A stretch of DNA of 64,000 bases from Burkholderiales bacterium (lineage in GTDB: Bacteria; Pseudomonadota; Gammaproteobacteria; Burkholderiales; JACQAP01), in contig JBJMWI010000087.1 of the NCBI GenBank assembly GCA_045810225.1, positions 7,283-71,282 on the forward strand. Reading direction: 5' to 3'. Position numbers and translations under genes: made by a program. The notes under the pieces are model-generated. The model made no database searches. It had not been told where the DNA came from and saw nothing but the letters and a program-made list of their open reading frames with translations. Shown piece by piece: positions 1 through 7,820 of the stretch. Each line of letters starts with the position of its first letter. Position 1 is the first letter of the stretch.

Positions 1-900
1 GCCATCGCGCTTAAGCAGATGCCGGCAGCCGCGCGGCACGCTGTGACCATGACAGGCGAACTTTCCGATGTATTTCGCAATCGGGCTCATGGTGTGAAGT
101 CCATCATTGCGCGATTTGTCATACAGGTCCCGGGTTCTCTTACCGGTGTCTATGCGCCCGACATGGATTTTCTGACGCCGAAGCACGCTGCGAGAAAAAG
201 CGCTCTCGTGGCATCCGCAAACTGGGCGGCTAGCGCCGAACTGATCGCTGGCCTGGTGCCAGAAGGGCTGTTCCTCGATATCGGCAGTACCACAACCGAT
301 GTCGTGGCGTTTCGCGCAGGCGAGCTTTGCATTCGCGGACTCAATGATGCCGACCGGCTGGCCAGTAATGAACTCGTTTATACCGGCGTTGTACGCACGC
401 CGATCATGGCCCTGACTCGGGATATCCCGTTCAACGGACAGCGGATCGGTGGCATGGCTGAATACTTTGCGACCACAGCGGATGTCTATCGCTTGACCAG
501 CCAACTTCCCAAAGGGGCCGATCTTCTGGCTGCCGCCGATAAACGCGGCAAGAGTGTTCGCGACAGCGCGCGCAGGATCGCACGCATGATCGGTCGGGAT
601 CTGCAATCCGCGGCTATGGCGCAGTGGCGCCGCTGTGCGCGGGAGCTTGCAGAAATGCAGTTAATGCAGATTCAAAAGGCCTGCAAAATTCAATGCTCGC
701 GCGCACATCTGCCAGCGGGCGCGCAGATCGTTGGTGCCGGCACGGGAAGGTTTCTGGCGAAGAAGCTCGCGAAGCGGTTGGGCATGCGCTATCGCGACTT
801 CGACTCACTGATCAATGTTGCGCCTGCCGCAGCAAGCCGGGCGTCGGACTGTGCGCCCGCGGTTGCGGTGGCGCTTCTGGCGCACCGGAGCAGCAGCTGA
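1..900 (+). CDS. H4MPT-linked C1-transfer pathway protein, hydantoinase/oxoprolinase-like (5' end outside window)
   Basis: Frame 1 is open from nt 1, so the listed ORF 19..900 is only the first in-window Met. 'LFLDIGSTTTDVV' and 'ELVYTGVVRTP' resemble the hydantoinase_A-like family that accompanies tetrahydromethanopterin genes. The stop TGA (898-900) overlaps the next ATG (900-902). Confidence 0.7.
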   Translation, partial: AIALKQMPAAARHAVTMTGELSDVFRNRAHGVKSIIARFVIQVPGSLTGVYAPDMDFLTPKHAARKSALVASANWAASAELIAGLVPEGLFLDIGSTTTDVVAFRAGELCIRGLNDADRLASNELVYTGVVRTPIMALTRDIPFNGQRIGGMAEYFATTADVYRLTSQLPKGADLLAAADKRGKSVRDSARRIARMIGRDLQSAAMAQWRRCARELAEMQLMQIQKACKIQCSRAHLPAGAQIVGAGTGRFLAKKLAKRLGMRYRDFDSLINVAPAAASRASDCAPAVAVALLAHRSSS

Positions 901-1490
901 TGACCTGGGTCGTGAAGCTTGGCGGCAGCGTATACAAGTCTCCTGAATTGTCGCACTGGCTCGATGTCATCGCCGGGCCAGGAGCGGGGAAAACCGTTCT
1001 GGTACCAGGGGGAGGTCCGTGGGCCGATGAAGTGCGTGCCGCACAGAAGGTCGAAGGCTTCGATGATCGAACGGCGCATCGAAAGGCCTTACGGGCAATG
1101 GAGCAATACGGACGCGTGCTTGCCGGAATGCGTTCGAACCTTGCTCCTGTGTGCTCAGTCGCCGCGATACGGGAGGTCTTGCACGTTGGGAACGTCGCGG
1201 TATGGATGCCGTACGCCATGGTCGTGGACGAGATTTCGATCGAGGAAAGCTGGGACGTGACCTCTGACAGCCTTGCGGCTTGGCTTGCAGTGCGATTGAA
1301 CGCGGCCGGCTTACTGCTGATCAAATCGGTCCAGACCAATGGTCATAAGCCCGGCATCGCAGAACTCATGCGGCGCGGATGGGTCGATCCTGCGTTCGGC
1401 AGATTCGCGTCCGGTCTGCGGGTACCGACCATCGTTCTTGGCCAGGGCGGCCACAACTCCGCAGTGGAATTGCTCTCGACTCCACCTTGA
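900..1490 (+). CDS. amino-acid (Asp/Glu/uridylate) kinase family protein, H4MPT-cluster type
   Basis: The internal ATG at 900 of ORF 624..1490 gives 'MTWVVKLGGSVY...VLVPGGGPWADEVR', a typical AAK-fold N-terminus. It overlaps the upstream stop by 1 nt. Confidence 0.7.
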   Translation: MTWVVKLGGSVYKSPELSHWLDVIAGPGAGKTVLVPGGGPWADEVRAAQKVEGFDDRTAHRKALRAMEQYGRVLAGMRSNLAPVCSVAAIREVLHVGNVAVWMPYAMVVDEISIEESWDVTSDSLAAWLAVRLNAAGLLLIKSVQTNGHKPGIAELMRRGWVDPAFGRFASGLRVPTIVLGQGGHNSAVELLSTPP

Positions 1491-1685
1491 TACGCCGGCA
1501 TCTCAGACTTGCGCGACTCATCAAACTTAACAATTGATAGAATTTATTTTGCTCGTCGCGGATGAGCGACAACGGCGCCGCTTGATATCTGTACGGCTTT
1601 CTATAAACTCCGGCCTAGCTTGGTGCGCGCACGTATGCATGTTGCATGACCGGAGGGATTTTTCGGTCGTACCTTAGGAGAATCA

Positions 1686-3269
1686 ATGAAAGAATCAGCA
1701 GTGCCGCCGGTCTCCGGACCGAATCCCGACAAAAAACTGCTGCGCTCACTTGACGATCTGCCTGGTCCAAGCGGAATTCCGGTTCTCGGAAATGCCCTGG
1801 ACATCAAACCGAAGCAACTTCATCGACTCCTTGAAGGCTGGGCGAATCAGTTCGGCCCGCTGTTCGTTTTCAGAATCGCCACTCAACGCTTCCTTGCGAT
1901 CTCGGACACCGAGATGATCCAGCAGCTGTTGCGCGATCGGCCCGATCATCTTCGGCGCTGGCGCAGGATGGAAGACATTGCGACTGACATCGGCGCTCAC
2001 GGAGTGTTCACGGCCGAGAGCGCGGAATGGAGACGCCAGCGCAAGTTTGTCATGCATGCGCTCAACGCGGAACATGTGCGGGAGTTCATCCCTCGTTTCG
2101 AGCAAGTGGCCGGGCGATTGCGCCGCCGTTGGTGGAGGGCAGCGCTCGCGGGTACGCCCTTCGATGTCCATGCTGATCTTATCCGCCTTACGGTAGACGT
2201 GACCAGCGGGCTGGCATTCGGCAAAGATCTCAATTCGCTCGAAGACAAAGTCGATCCCATCCAGAATCATCTCGACAAGATATTTCCGGCCGTGGCGCGA
2301 CGCTTGACCGCCCTTTTTCCCTATTGGCGCTACGTGCCGCTGCCGGAGGACCGCGAGGTCGCGACCGCGGTCAAGGACATCCGCAAGATCATCGATGAAT
2401 TGATCATCGAAACGCGCGCGCGCCTGGCTGCGACGCCGGAATTGCGGACCGGACCACGCAATCTTCTGGAAGCACTGATTGCCGCGCAGGAAAAAGATGA
2501 AGAAGGACCTTCCGACGAGGAAATCTCGGCCAACGTCATGACCCTGCTTCTTGCTGGAGAAGACACAACCGCCAATACTCTTTCGTACATGATCCACTTT
2601 CTGATGGAATTTCCGCATGTCCAGGCCTCGGTCCAGGAAGAAGTAGATCGCGTATTCGGGATGGCGGAGCAACCGTGGCAAGACCCAACCACGCCGGATC
2701 GCCTCGAGTACATCGAGGCTTTTGCGAACGAAGCATTGCGTTGCAAACCAGTCGCAGGCCTTATTTTGTTTCTCGAACCCAACGAAGACGTGCAGATCCG
2801 GGACGTTTTCGTTCCCAAAGGCACACCGATCCTCGCGCTCAATGGTTACGTCGGGATGCAAGAAGCGAATTTCGCCCGGGCCCGTGAATTCCGGCCTGAG
2901 CGCTGGTTGGATTCAAAGGAGAACAGCGAAGACGCGCATAACACCAGGGCGTTCATGCCATTTGGAGCGGGTCCTCGTTTCTGCCCCGGCCGGAAGCTGG
3001 CGATGCTGCAGATCAAGATGGTTACAGCGATGCTGTGCCGTGACTTCGAAGTGGTCCGTCCGAAAGATGCCGTTCCGCTGGAGGACGTCTATAACTTTAC
3101 GGTAGGGCCTACCAGTGTCCCGACGATCTTGCGTCCGCGGCGGCCAGTGCGGCGCGGGATCGATATCGAATTGCGCGACAGCAACCGCCGCATGTTTGTG
3201 CTGCCGATTTCGTTCCCGGAACGGCGGGTTGCGGACCGGCGCAGGGAACATGCCGCTTCGATAACGTAA
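1686..3269 (+). CDS. cytochrome P450 (eukaryote-like class, no partner genes nearby)
   Basis: AGGAG lies 7 nt upstream of the ATG. Motifs: heme loop 'FMPFGAGPRFCPGRKLA', I-helix 'LLLAGEDTTAN', ExxR 'EALRCKP', N-terminal 'LPGPSGIPVLGN'. Length is 527 aa with an Arg-rich C-terminal tail. Confidence 0.9.
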   Translation: MKESAVPPVSGPNPDKKLLRSLDDLPGPSGIPVLGNALDIKPKQLHRLLEGWANQFGPLFVFRIATQRFLAISDTEMIQQLLRDRPDHLRRWRRMEDIATDIGAHGVFTAESAEWRRQRKFVMHALNAEHVREFIPRFEQVAGRLRRRWWRAALAGTPFDVHADLIRLTVDVTSGLAFGKDLNSLEDKVDPIQNHLDKIFPAVARRLTALFPYWRYVPLPEDREVATAVKDIRKIIDELIIETRARLAATPELRTGPRNLLEALIAAQEKDEEGPSDEEISANVMTLLLAGEDTTANTLSYMIHFLMEFPHVQASVQEEVDRVFGMAEQPWQDPTTPDRLEYIEAFANEALRCKPVAGLILFLEPNEDVQIRDVFVPKGTPILALNGYVGMQEANFARAREFRPERWLDSKENSEDAHNTRAFMPFGAGPRFCPGRKLAMLQIKMVTAMLCRDFEVVRPKDAVPLEDVYNFTVGPTSVPTILRPRRPVRRGIDIELRDSNRRMFVLPISFPERRVADRRREHAASIT

Positions 3270-3277
3270 CGCTCCCA

Positions 3278-3994
3278 TCAAACCTGCAGCTCGCGGGTCA
3301 ATACTTCCCGGCCGTGATGAGCCGGAATAAGCGCCCGGATTCGGGATGCCGCCTCGTAATCAAACGTTTTTTTTCTGTCCCAGTCCGCGCACAGTGCGCC
3401 GCGAAATCCGAGGTAATCCGGCTTTAGCGCAAGCAGCGGGGCTATGTCTTCTATACGCAGTGATCCGGCGAGGCCGCTCAGCAACCCTAGATCGCGCGCC
3501 TGGTTCACGAAAGTTCCGAGTTCAAGCGTGGTGCGCCAATCGCGCAGCGTCTTGCCGTTTTTAATGGCGGTATCCAACATGGCGCCGGAAAATCCGCTAC
3601 TGGCAAGCACGTCAATCAGCCCGGCATCATAAGCCGCGTCAGCGAATACAACCGCAACCAGGCGGATATTGCCTGCCAAACTTGACAGCGCGGTCACGCA
3701 GTCGCGAGCGCGGGGATGGAAAAAGAAGCCGACCTTGATGAAATCAACGCCGGTGGCGGCCAAGCGCTCCACAGATTCCATTACTACCTGGGGATCCATT
3801 GAAGGAACGTCGCCGATGGTCGCGCTCACCAGTCGCCTCCCGCCGATTGATCGGACGCAAATCCGGACCGCGGCGTGGTCGAGCGCGCCAAGCGCACCCT
3901 GCGAGGGTTCCTTGAGATCGATAAGGTCGGCGCCGCTTGCCATTGCGAGCACCGCTTCGTCCAGCGACCGCACGCTGGCCAGCATCAACGTCAT
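3278..3994 (-). CDS. mfnB: (5-formylfuran-3-yl)methyl phosphate synthase-like protein (DUF556/MfnB family; methanofuran biosynthesis)
   Basis: 'ASVRSLDEAVLAMASGADLIDLKEPSQGALGA...VSATIGDVP...DFIKVGFF' matches my recollection of the MfnB/DUF556 pattern. Its ATG overlaps the upstream stop (ATGA at 3991-3994). Confidence 0.65.
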   Translation of the reverse strand: MTLMLASVRSLDEAVLAMASGADLIDLKEPSQGALGALDHAAVRICVRSIGGRRLVSATIGDVPSMDPQVVMESVERLAATGVDFIKVGFFFHPRARDCVTALSSLAGNIRLVAVVFADAAYDAGLIDVLASSGFSGAMLDTAIKNGKTLRDWRTTLELGTFVNQARDLGLLSGLAGSLRIEDIAPLLALKPDYLGFRGALCADWDRKKTFDYEAASRIRALIPAHHGREVLTRELQV

Positions 3995-4557
3995 GCGGCG
4001 CTCGCCTTTCTACGAAACTCTTCGATGCGCGTCTTGAGCCAGCCCCATGCTTCTTGCTCACGCGGGCCGGCGGTCTTCTCCACAGCGATGGCAAGATAGG
4101 CCATCTCTGTATCGATTTTTTCCTGCGACAGCAAGTTCAGCCGGCTTACCAGAATGGCCGCCTCAATGACGGCGGATTGCGCGCGGTTGAAGCCTTGGAA
4201 GGCGCCATGGCTTGCATGCAAAAGCTCCCGGCAATACAGGCGCGGGCGCATAGGATCGTCCTCGACACGCTGTAGTTCGACTTCGGAGTGCGCTAAGGCA
4301 GCGGCGAGCCGGGGGCAAGACAAGCGTTCCGCCGGCTGCGTAGGCCAGTCGTAGCGCCCGGTCAGGCAACCTGCAAAGATGCGCACATCATCTACGTAGT
4401 TCACTACAGCACATTGCTCGTGCAATATGTGTTCCAGTGTGGTGGAAGGCCGGAATGGACTTAAGATAATGCCTTGTCCTTCGCGGCGAATGCCCATCGG
4501 GGCGATATGCGCGCGGCCTGCGTCATCGCGGGTGCTGACAATGGTCTCGAAAATCAC
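3991..4557 (-). CDS. DUF447 family protein (H4MPT-associated, flavin-reductase-like fold)
   Basis: 188-aa ORF starting 'MIFETIVSTRDDAGRAHIAPMG' with a GTG start that overlaps the upstream stop. It sits in an operon with pterin and methanofuran genes. Confidence 0.6.
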   Translation of the reverse strand: MIFETIVSTRDDAGRAHIAPMGIRREGQGIILSPFRPSTTLEHILHEQCAVVNYVDDVRIFAGCLTGRYDWPTQPAERLSCPRLAAALAHSEVELQRVEDDPMRPRLYCRELLHASHGAFQGFNRAQSAVIEAAILVSRLNLLSQEKIDTEMAYLAIAVEKTAGPREQEAWGWLKTRIEEFRRKASAA

Positions 4558-5951
4558 GGCGCGGCTTTCGTTTTCGAACTTACCGGCCGTGGAACCAAGG
4601 TCGCCGGAGCATCGCTGCCCGCGCGCAACTGAGCGATACCCCAGTCAAGTTCGCTATCCTGTACGTAGCGTTTGCCAAGCTGCCAGGCGATCTGCGCGCG
4701 CGCCAGTTCGACTCCCATATAAAAAGCATGGGAGCCGTCCTGCTCCAATGCCAATTGCGCAAATAACTTGAAAGGATCGGTTGCAGTGCGCATGCCGTCG
4801 CGGTTATAGACATGCAGGCCTTCCGGGCTGATTTGCACGCGAAAGCTTGGATCCTTGATTTCAGCTGCTGTTGCCGCGATTTCCTGTGCGCTCCACGGGA
4901 ACGGATCAAGCGCATGCAATGCCAGGAGCCCTTCGCCAAAGCCTTGTGGCAAGTCGCCGGCTTCGCGCGCTGAATGCATGACCCGGCGTGCCTGATCTGC
5001 TTCTCGAATGACGGCCGAGCAATGCGGACTGACCTGTGTAGTCAGGATGTTCGTGATGCGCAGCTCGGAGATAATTCCCATCAACAGCGTTTGCATGCCA
5101 AGCGTATCCGCCTCTGTAAGTTCCGTCAGATTGCCTGTGCCCATCAGGATTTTGACCTCGGGTAAGCGTTGGCGTAAATCGTGGTAGCGCACAATCGATT
5201 GCGTGAATCCAAAATGGATGGGTTCCAGAATGGCATCGGCAAGATAATCGCGGCCTTTCTGTTCCATGGCATCAATGGACTGATAGAGCGACCTCATATC
5301 GTTCGGTGCAGCCGCAATCAGTACCGGCGTGGAAGCGACCTGGTCCGCAATCCATAGCGTGTCCGGTTTAAGGCTTAGCAGAAAATCCGCTCCGGCATGT
5401 CCGCCGCGCAGAAGTTCCTGCGAATCCATTGAATCCACACTGACGGAGAAGCCAGACGCATGCAACGCGGCAATCGCATCTTCCAGGTGCGGAAACGGCG
5501 TTTCCGGCAAGCATCCCAGGTCGATCACATCGGCTCCGGCGTTTCGGTAGGCGTTGGCCTGATCGATAATTTCCGCGAGGCTCATGTTCGGGCCATCGAC
5601 AATTTCCGCAAAGATACGCACATCATGGCTGCTCAAGTCGAGCGGTGCGGCCTCACGGCCGAAATGGCGGGGCAGATCCTTGAGATCTTCAGGGCCACGC
5701 TCGAACGGAACGCCGAAATGGGACGAGAGTGCGTTCAGGTCACCGCGGCATCGCCCTGGCACCATGACGCGGTCGATTCCCGTCAGACCGGGAAGCCTGC
5801 GGCGAATCATGTCCGTGGTCATCAAACCCGCGACTTGGAGGGACAGCGCCAACACGGAATGCCGGAATGGCGCCGGCTGCATGGCTTCGATGATGCGATG
5901 CAGGTTTTTTTCGGCAAGCCGGCCGGTCAGGAAGAGGATGTGCTCAGACAA
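4554..5951 (-). CDS. dihydropteroate synthase-like pterin-binding protein (H4MPT biosynthesis type)
   Basis: 465-aa ORF. The central region 'AGADVIDLGC...SVDSMDS' looks like a pterin-binding DHPS barrel with a long N-terminal extension, as in methylotroph/archaeal methanopterin DHPS-like proteins. Confidence 0.7.
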   Translation of the reverse strand: MSEHILFLTGRLAEKNLHRIIEAMQPAPFRHSVLALSLQVAGLMTTDMIRRRLPGLTGIDRVMVPGRCRGDLNALSSHFGVPFERGPEDLKDLPRHFGREAAPLDLSSHDVRIFAEIVDGPNMSLAEIIDQANAYRNAGADVIDLGCLPETPFPHLEDAIAALHASGFSVSVDSMDSQELLRGGHAGADFLLSLKPDTLWIADQVASTPVLIAAAPNDMRSLYQSIDAMEQKGRDYLADAILEPIHFGFTQSIVRYHDLRQRLPEVKILMGTGNLTELTEADTLGMQTLLMGIISELRITNILTTQVSPHCSAVIREADQARRVMHSAREAGDLPQGFGEGLLALHALDPFPWSAQEIAATAAEIKDPSFRVQISPEGLHVYNRDGMRTATDPFKLFAQLALEQDGSHAFYMGVELARAQIAWQLGKRYVQDSELDWGIAQLRAGSDAPATLVPRPVSSKTKAAP

Positions 5952-6484
5952 TTCAACCTCTGGTCGAGTGCCGTCCCCAGTTCTTCCACTGACAGCACCA
6001 CCGTGGTGTGGTCGAACTTCGCAAGCTTGTTTACATTCTCAAGGTCTATCGGACGCGGATAGACCCACACATCGCCGCCAGGCGCTTCCGAAATCAGTGC
6101 TGGGGCCGTGTCGCAGGCGAACACAATGGACGGGATACGGCACTTACCGGCCTGCGCGTAGATGTTGGTGGCCAGTGTGTCGGAAATGCCGGCCACACAT
6201 TTCGCCACCGTATTCGAACTCGCGGGGCCGATGACCACCGTATGGTAGTCGCCTCCGTACAAAAAAGTCACCGGCACCGAACTCGCTGTGTTGTCGCGAA
6301 ATACTTTCATGCCGCGCCTCAACGCAGCCAGATCGTACCCGTACATCTTAAGCACTTCAGCAGCCGCCTCGCTCAGGAACAAATCCACGGCCGGCAGTCT
6401 GCTTACGATCTCCATGCACTCCTTGAGATAGTGTCCCGAGCCTGTCAGTACCCAGGCGACACCTGATGCTTCGGACTTGACCAT
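5927..6484 (-). CDS. archaeal-flavoprotein-like flavoprotein (AfpA/DmrA-type, putative dihydromethanopterin reductase)
   Basis: 185-aa ORF. 'VAWVLTGSGHYL' and 'GPASSNTVAKCVAGISDTL' are flavoprotein (CoaC/AfpA-like) motifs. It is the first gene of the minus-strand cofactor operon and overlaps the next gene by 25 nt. Confidence 0.6.
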   Translation of the reverse strand: MVKSEASGVAWVLTGSGHYLKECMEIVSRLPAVDLFLSEAAAEVLKMYGYDLAALRRGMKVFRDNTASSVPVTFLYGGDYHTVVIGPASSNTVAKCVAGISDTLATNIYAQAGKCRIPSIVFACDTAPALISEAPGGDVWVYPRPIDLENVNKLAKFDHTTVVLSVEELGTALDQRLNCLSTSSS

Positions 6485-6692
6485 TGCTCTCTATTACTCG
6501 GGATAACCGGACTGTTCATCGTATTGCCGGGCGCCGGCCGCAGCAACAGTGTTCCGACCTGGTACGAAATGCATAGGCGCCCGTCACGATCGGGATGTTA
6601 GTCGGGTTTCAGGCGGAACGGAACCCATCGTCTTGCCGGTATATCCGGCTAGAATGGTTTTGTACCCAGATCCTTTGGTCGTGGAGAACATC

Positions 6693-7070
6693 ATGGGCGA
6701 GTCACCCGAAAAAGCGTTTGCCGAAGCCGAAATCAAGCAAAGATTGTCAGCCGAATTGCCGCACTGGTATTACGAAGATGGATGGATACGCCGAAAATTC
6801 AAAACCGCCGGCTGGAAGGCCACGCTGATGGTCGTCAATACGGTGGGTCATCTCGCCGAAGCCGCGTGGCACCATCCGGATCTCACGGTTTCCTATGCCT
6901 TCGTTATCGTCAAGCTGGTCACGCATTCCGCCAAGGGCATTACCGAAAAAGATTTCGCACTCGCTAGGAAAATCGAGGAAGTCGTGCAATGGCAACCACG
7001 CAAAGAAGGTAGTGCACTGGAAGGCACACCAAACGAAGACCAGCGCTTCAAATATCTCAAGTACGACTGA
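6693..7070 (+). CDS. pterin-4-alpha-carbinolamine dehydratase
   Basis: The internal ATG at 6693 has GGAGAA 5 nt upstream. 'LPHWYYEDGWIRRKFKTAGWKATLMVVNTVGHLAEAAWHHPDL' is the PCD/DCoH signature region. Confidence 0.8.
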   Translation: MGESPEKAFAEAEIKQRLSAELPHWYYEDGWIRRKFKTAGWKATLMVVNTVGHLAEAAWHHPDLTVSYAFVIVKLVTHSAKGITEKDFALARKIEEVVQWQPRKEGSALEGTPNEDQRFKYLKYD

Positions 7071-7071
7071 A

Positions 7072-7458
7072 ATGACGGACCGCTTCACCCAGACACCTGC
7101 GGCGCTGGATGTTATTTTTGTCCGCGAGATCAAGCTCGACACGCTTATCGGCGCTTATGAATTCGAGCGCCGGCAACCGCGCACGCTGAAGGCCGACATC
7201 GAAATTGGCCGATCCTCCCTGCGCGCATGCAAGACCGATCACTTGGCAGATACCATCGATTACGCAGCCGTCGTCAATGTGGTGAGGGAAATCTTTGCGT
7301 CGCATAAATTCCATTTGCTCGAGCCGCTGGCGGAGTCGATTGCCAGATCCCTACTTGAAAAATTCGATGCCCAGTGGGCGCGAATCGAACTGTCCAAGAC
7401 CGGCGTCGTGCCGAGCAGCCGCGAAGTCGGCGTACGCCTGGAACGCTGGCGCGGGTAG
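7072..7458 (+). CDS. folB: dihydroneopterin aldolase family protein
   Basis: The ATG at 7072 lies 1 nt after the upstream stop. 'DVIFVREIKLDTLIGAYEFERRQPRTLKADIEI...DTIDYAAV' fits the FolB tunnelling fold. Confidence 0.7.
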   Translation: MTDRFTQTPAALDVIFVREIKLDTLIGAYEFERRQPRTLKADIEIGRSSLRACKTDHLADTIDYAAVVNVVREIFASHKFHLLEPLAESIARSLLEKFDAQWARIELSKTGVVPSSREVGVRLERWRG

Positions 7459-7820
7459 GCGGCTTATTGCAGCGCGCCAGAAATACGCTTTCCTGCGCAG
7501 CCAGTGCAGTGCTGGAGCCTTGCTTATCCTGATCCGGAAGGCAGCGTGGTTGGGCCGGACACCGCAGCCTGAGCGATATCGATTGCGCAGGCGGGCAGCC
7601 GTTAGTGCAGCGCAAAATCATTGTTCCGCGCACCGTAGCAGGCGTTGACCTCATCCGGGCGTCTGTGATTCCATGAAGGCTAGCGTCATCAAGAACGCGG
7701 GAGCCTACCACCCGGTTCGTGGTTGTGAACGTATGGCAACAGGAGAGGGTTCCGCCACGACCTCCGGTAACGCACATACTCTTGTCCGGCGATACCTGTC
7801 GAGACAAGGGAGGAGGTCGC

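Noticed and set aside
1746-2861. 371-aa minus-strand ORF, and similar long antisense ORFs at 7689-8669, 13346-14176, 23659-24507 and 16699-17403
   Set aside because: Each is fully nested antisense to, or out of frame with, a gene with clear family motifs (P450, sigma-54 activator, xoxJ/soxYZ-like, iorB-like, gntK/gnd). None has a Shine-Dalgarno sequence or protein-like composition.
7459-7820. 362-nt gap between the folB-like gene and the sigma-54 activator; checked for a decayed gene or small ORF
   Set aside because: All six frames are broken by stops or give non-protein-like sequence. I found no Shine-Dalgarno/start pair, terminator or repeat. I treat it as a plain promoter/UTR region.
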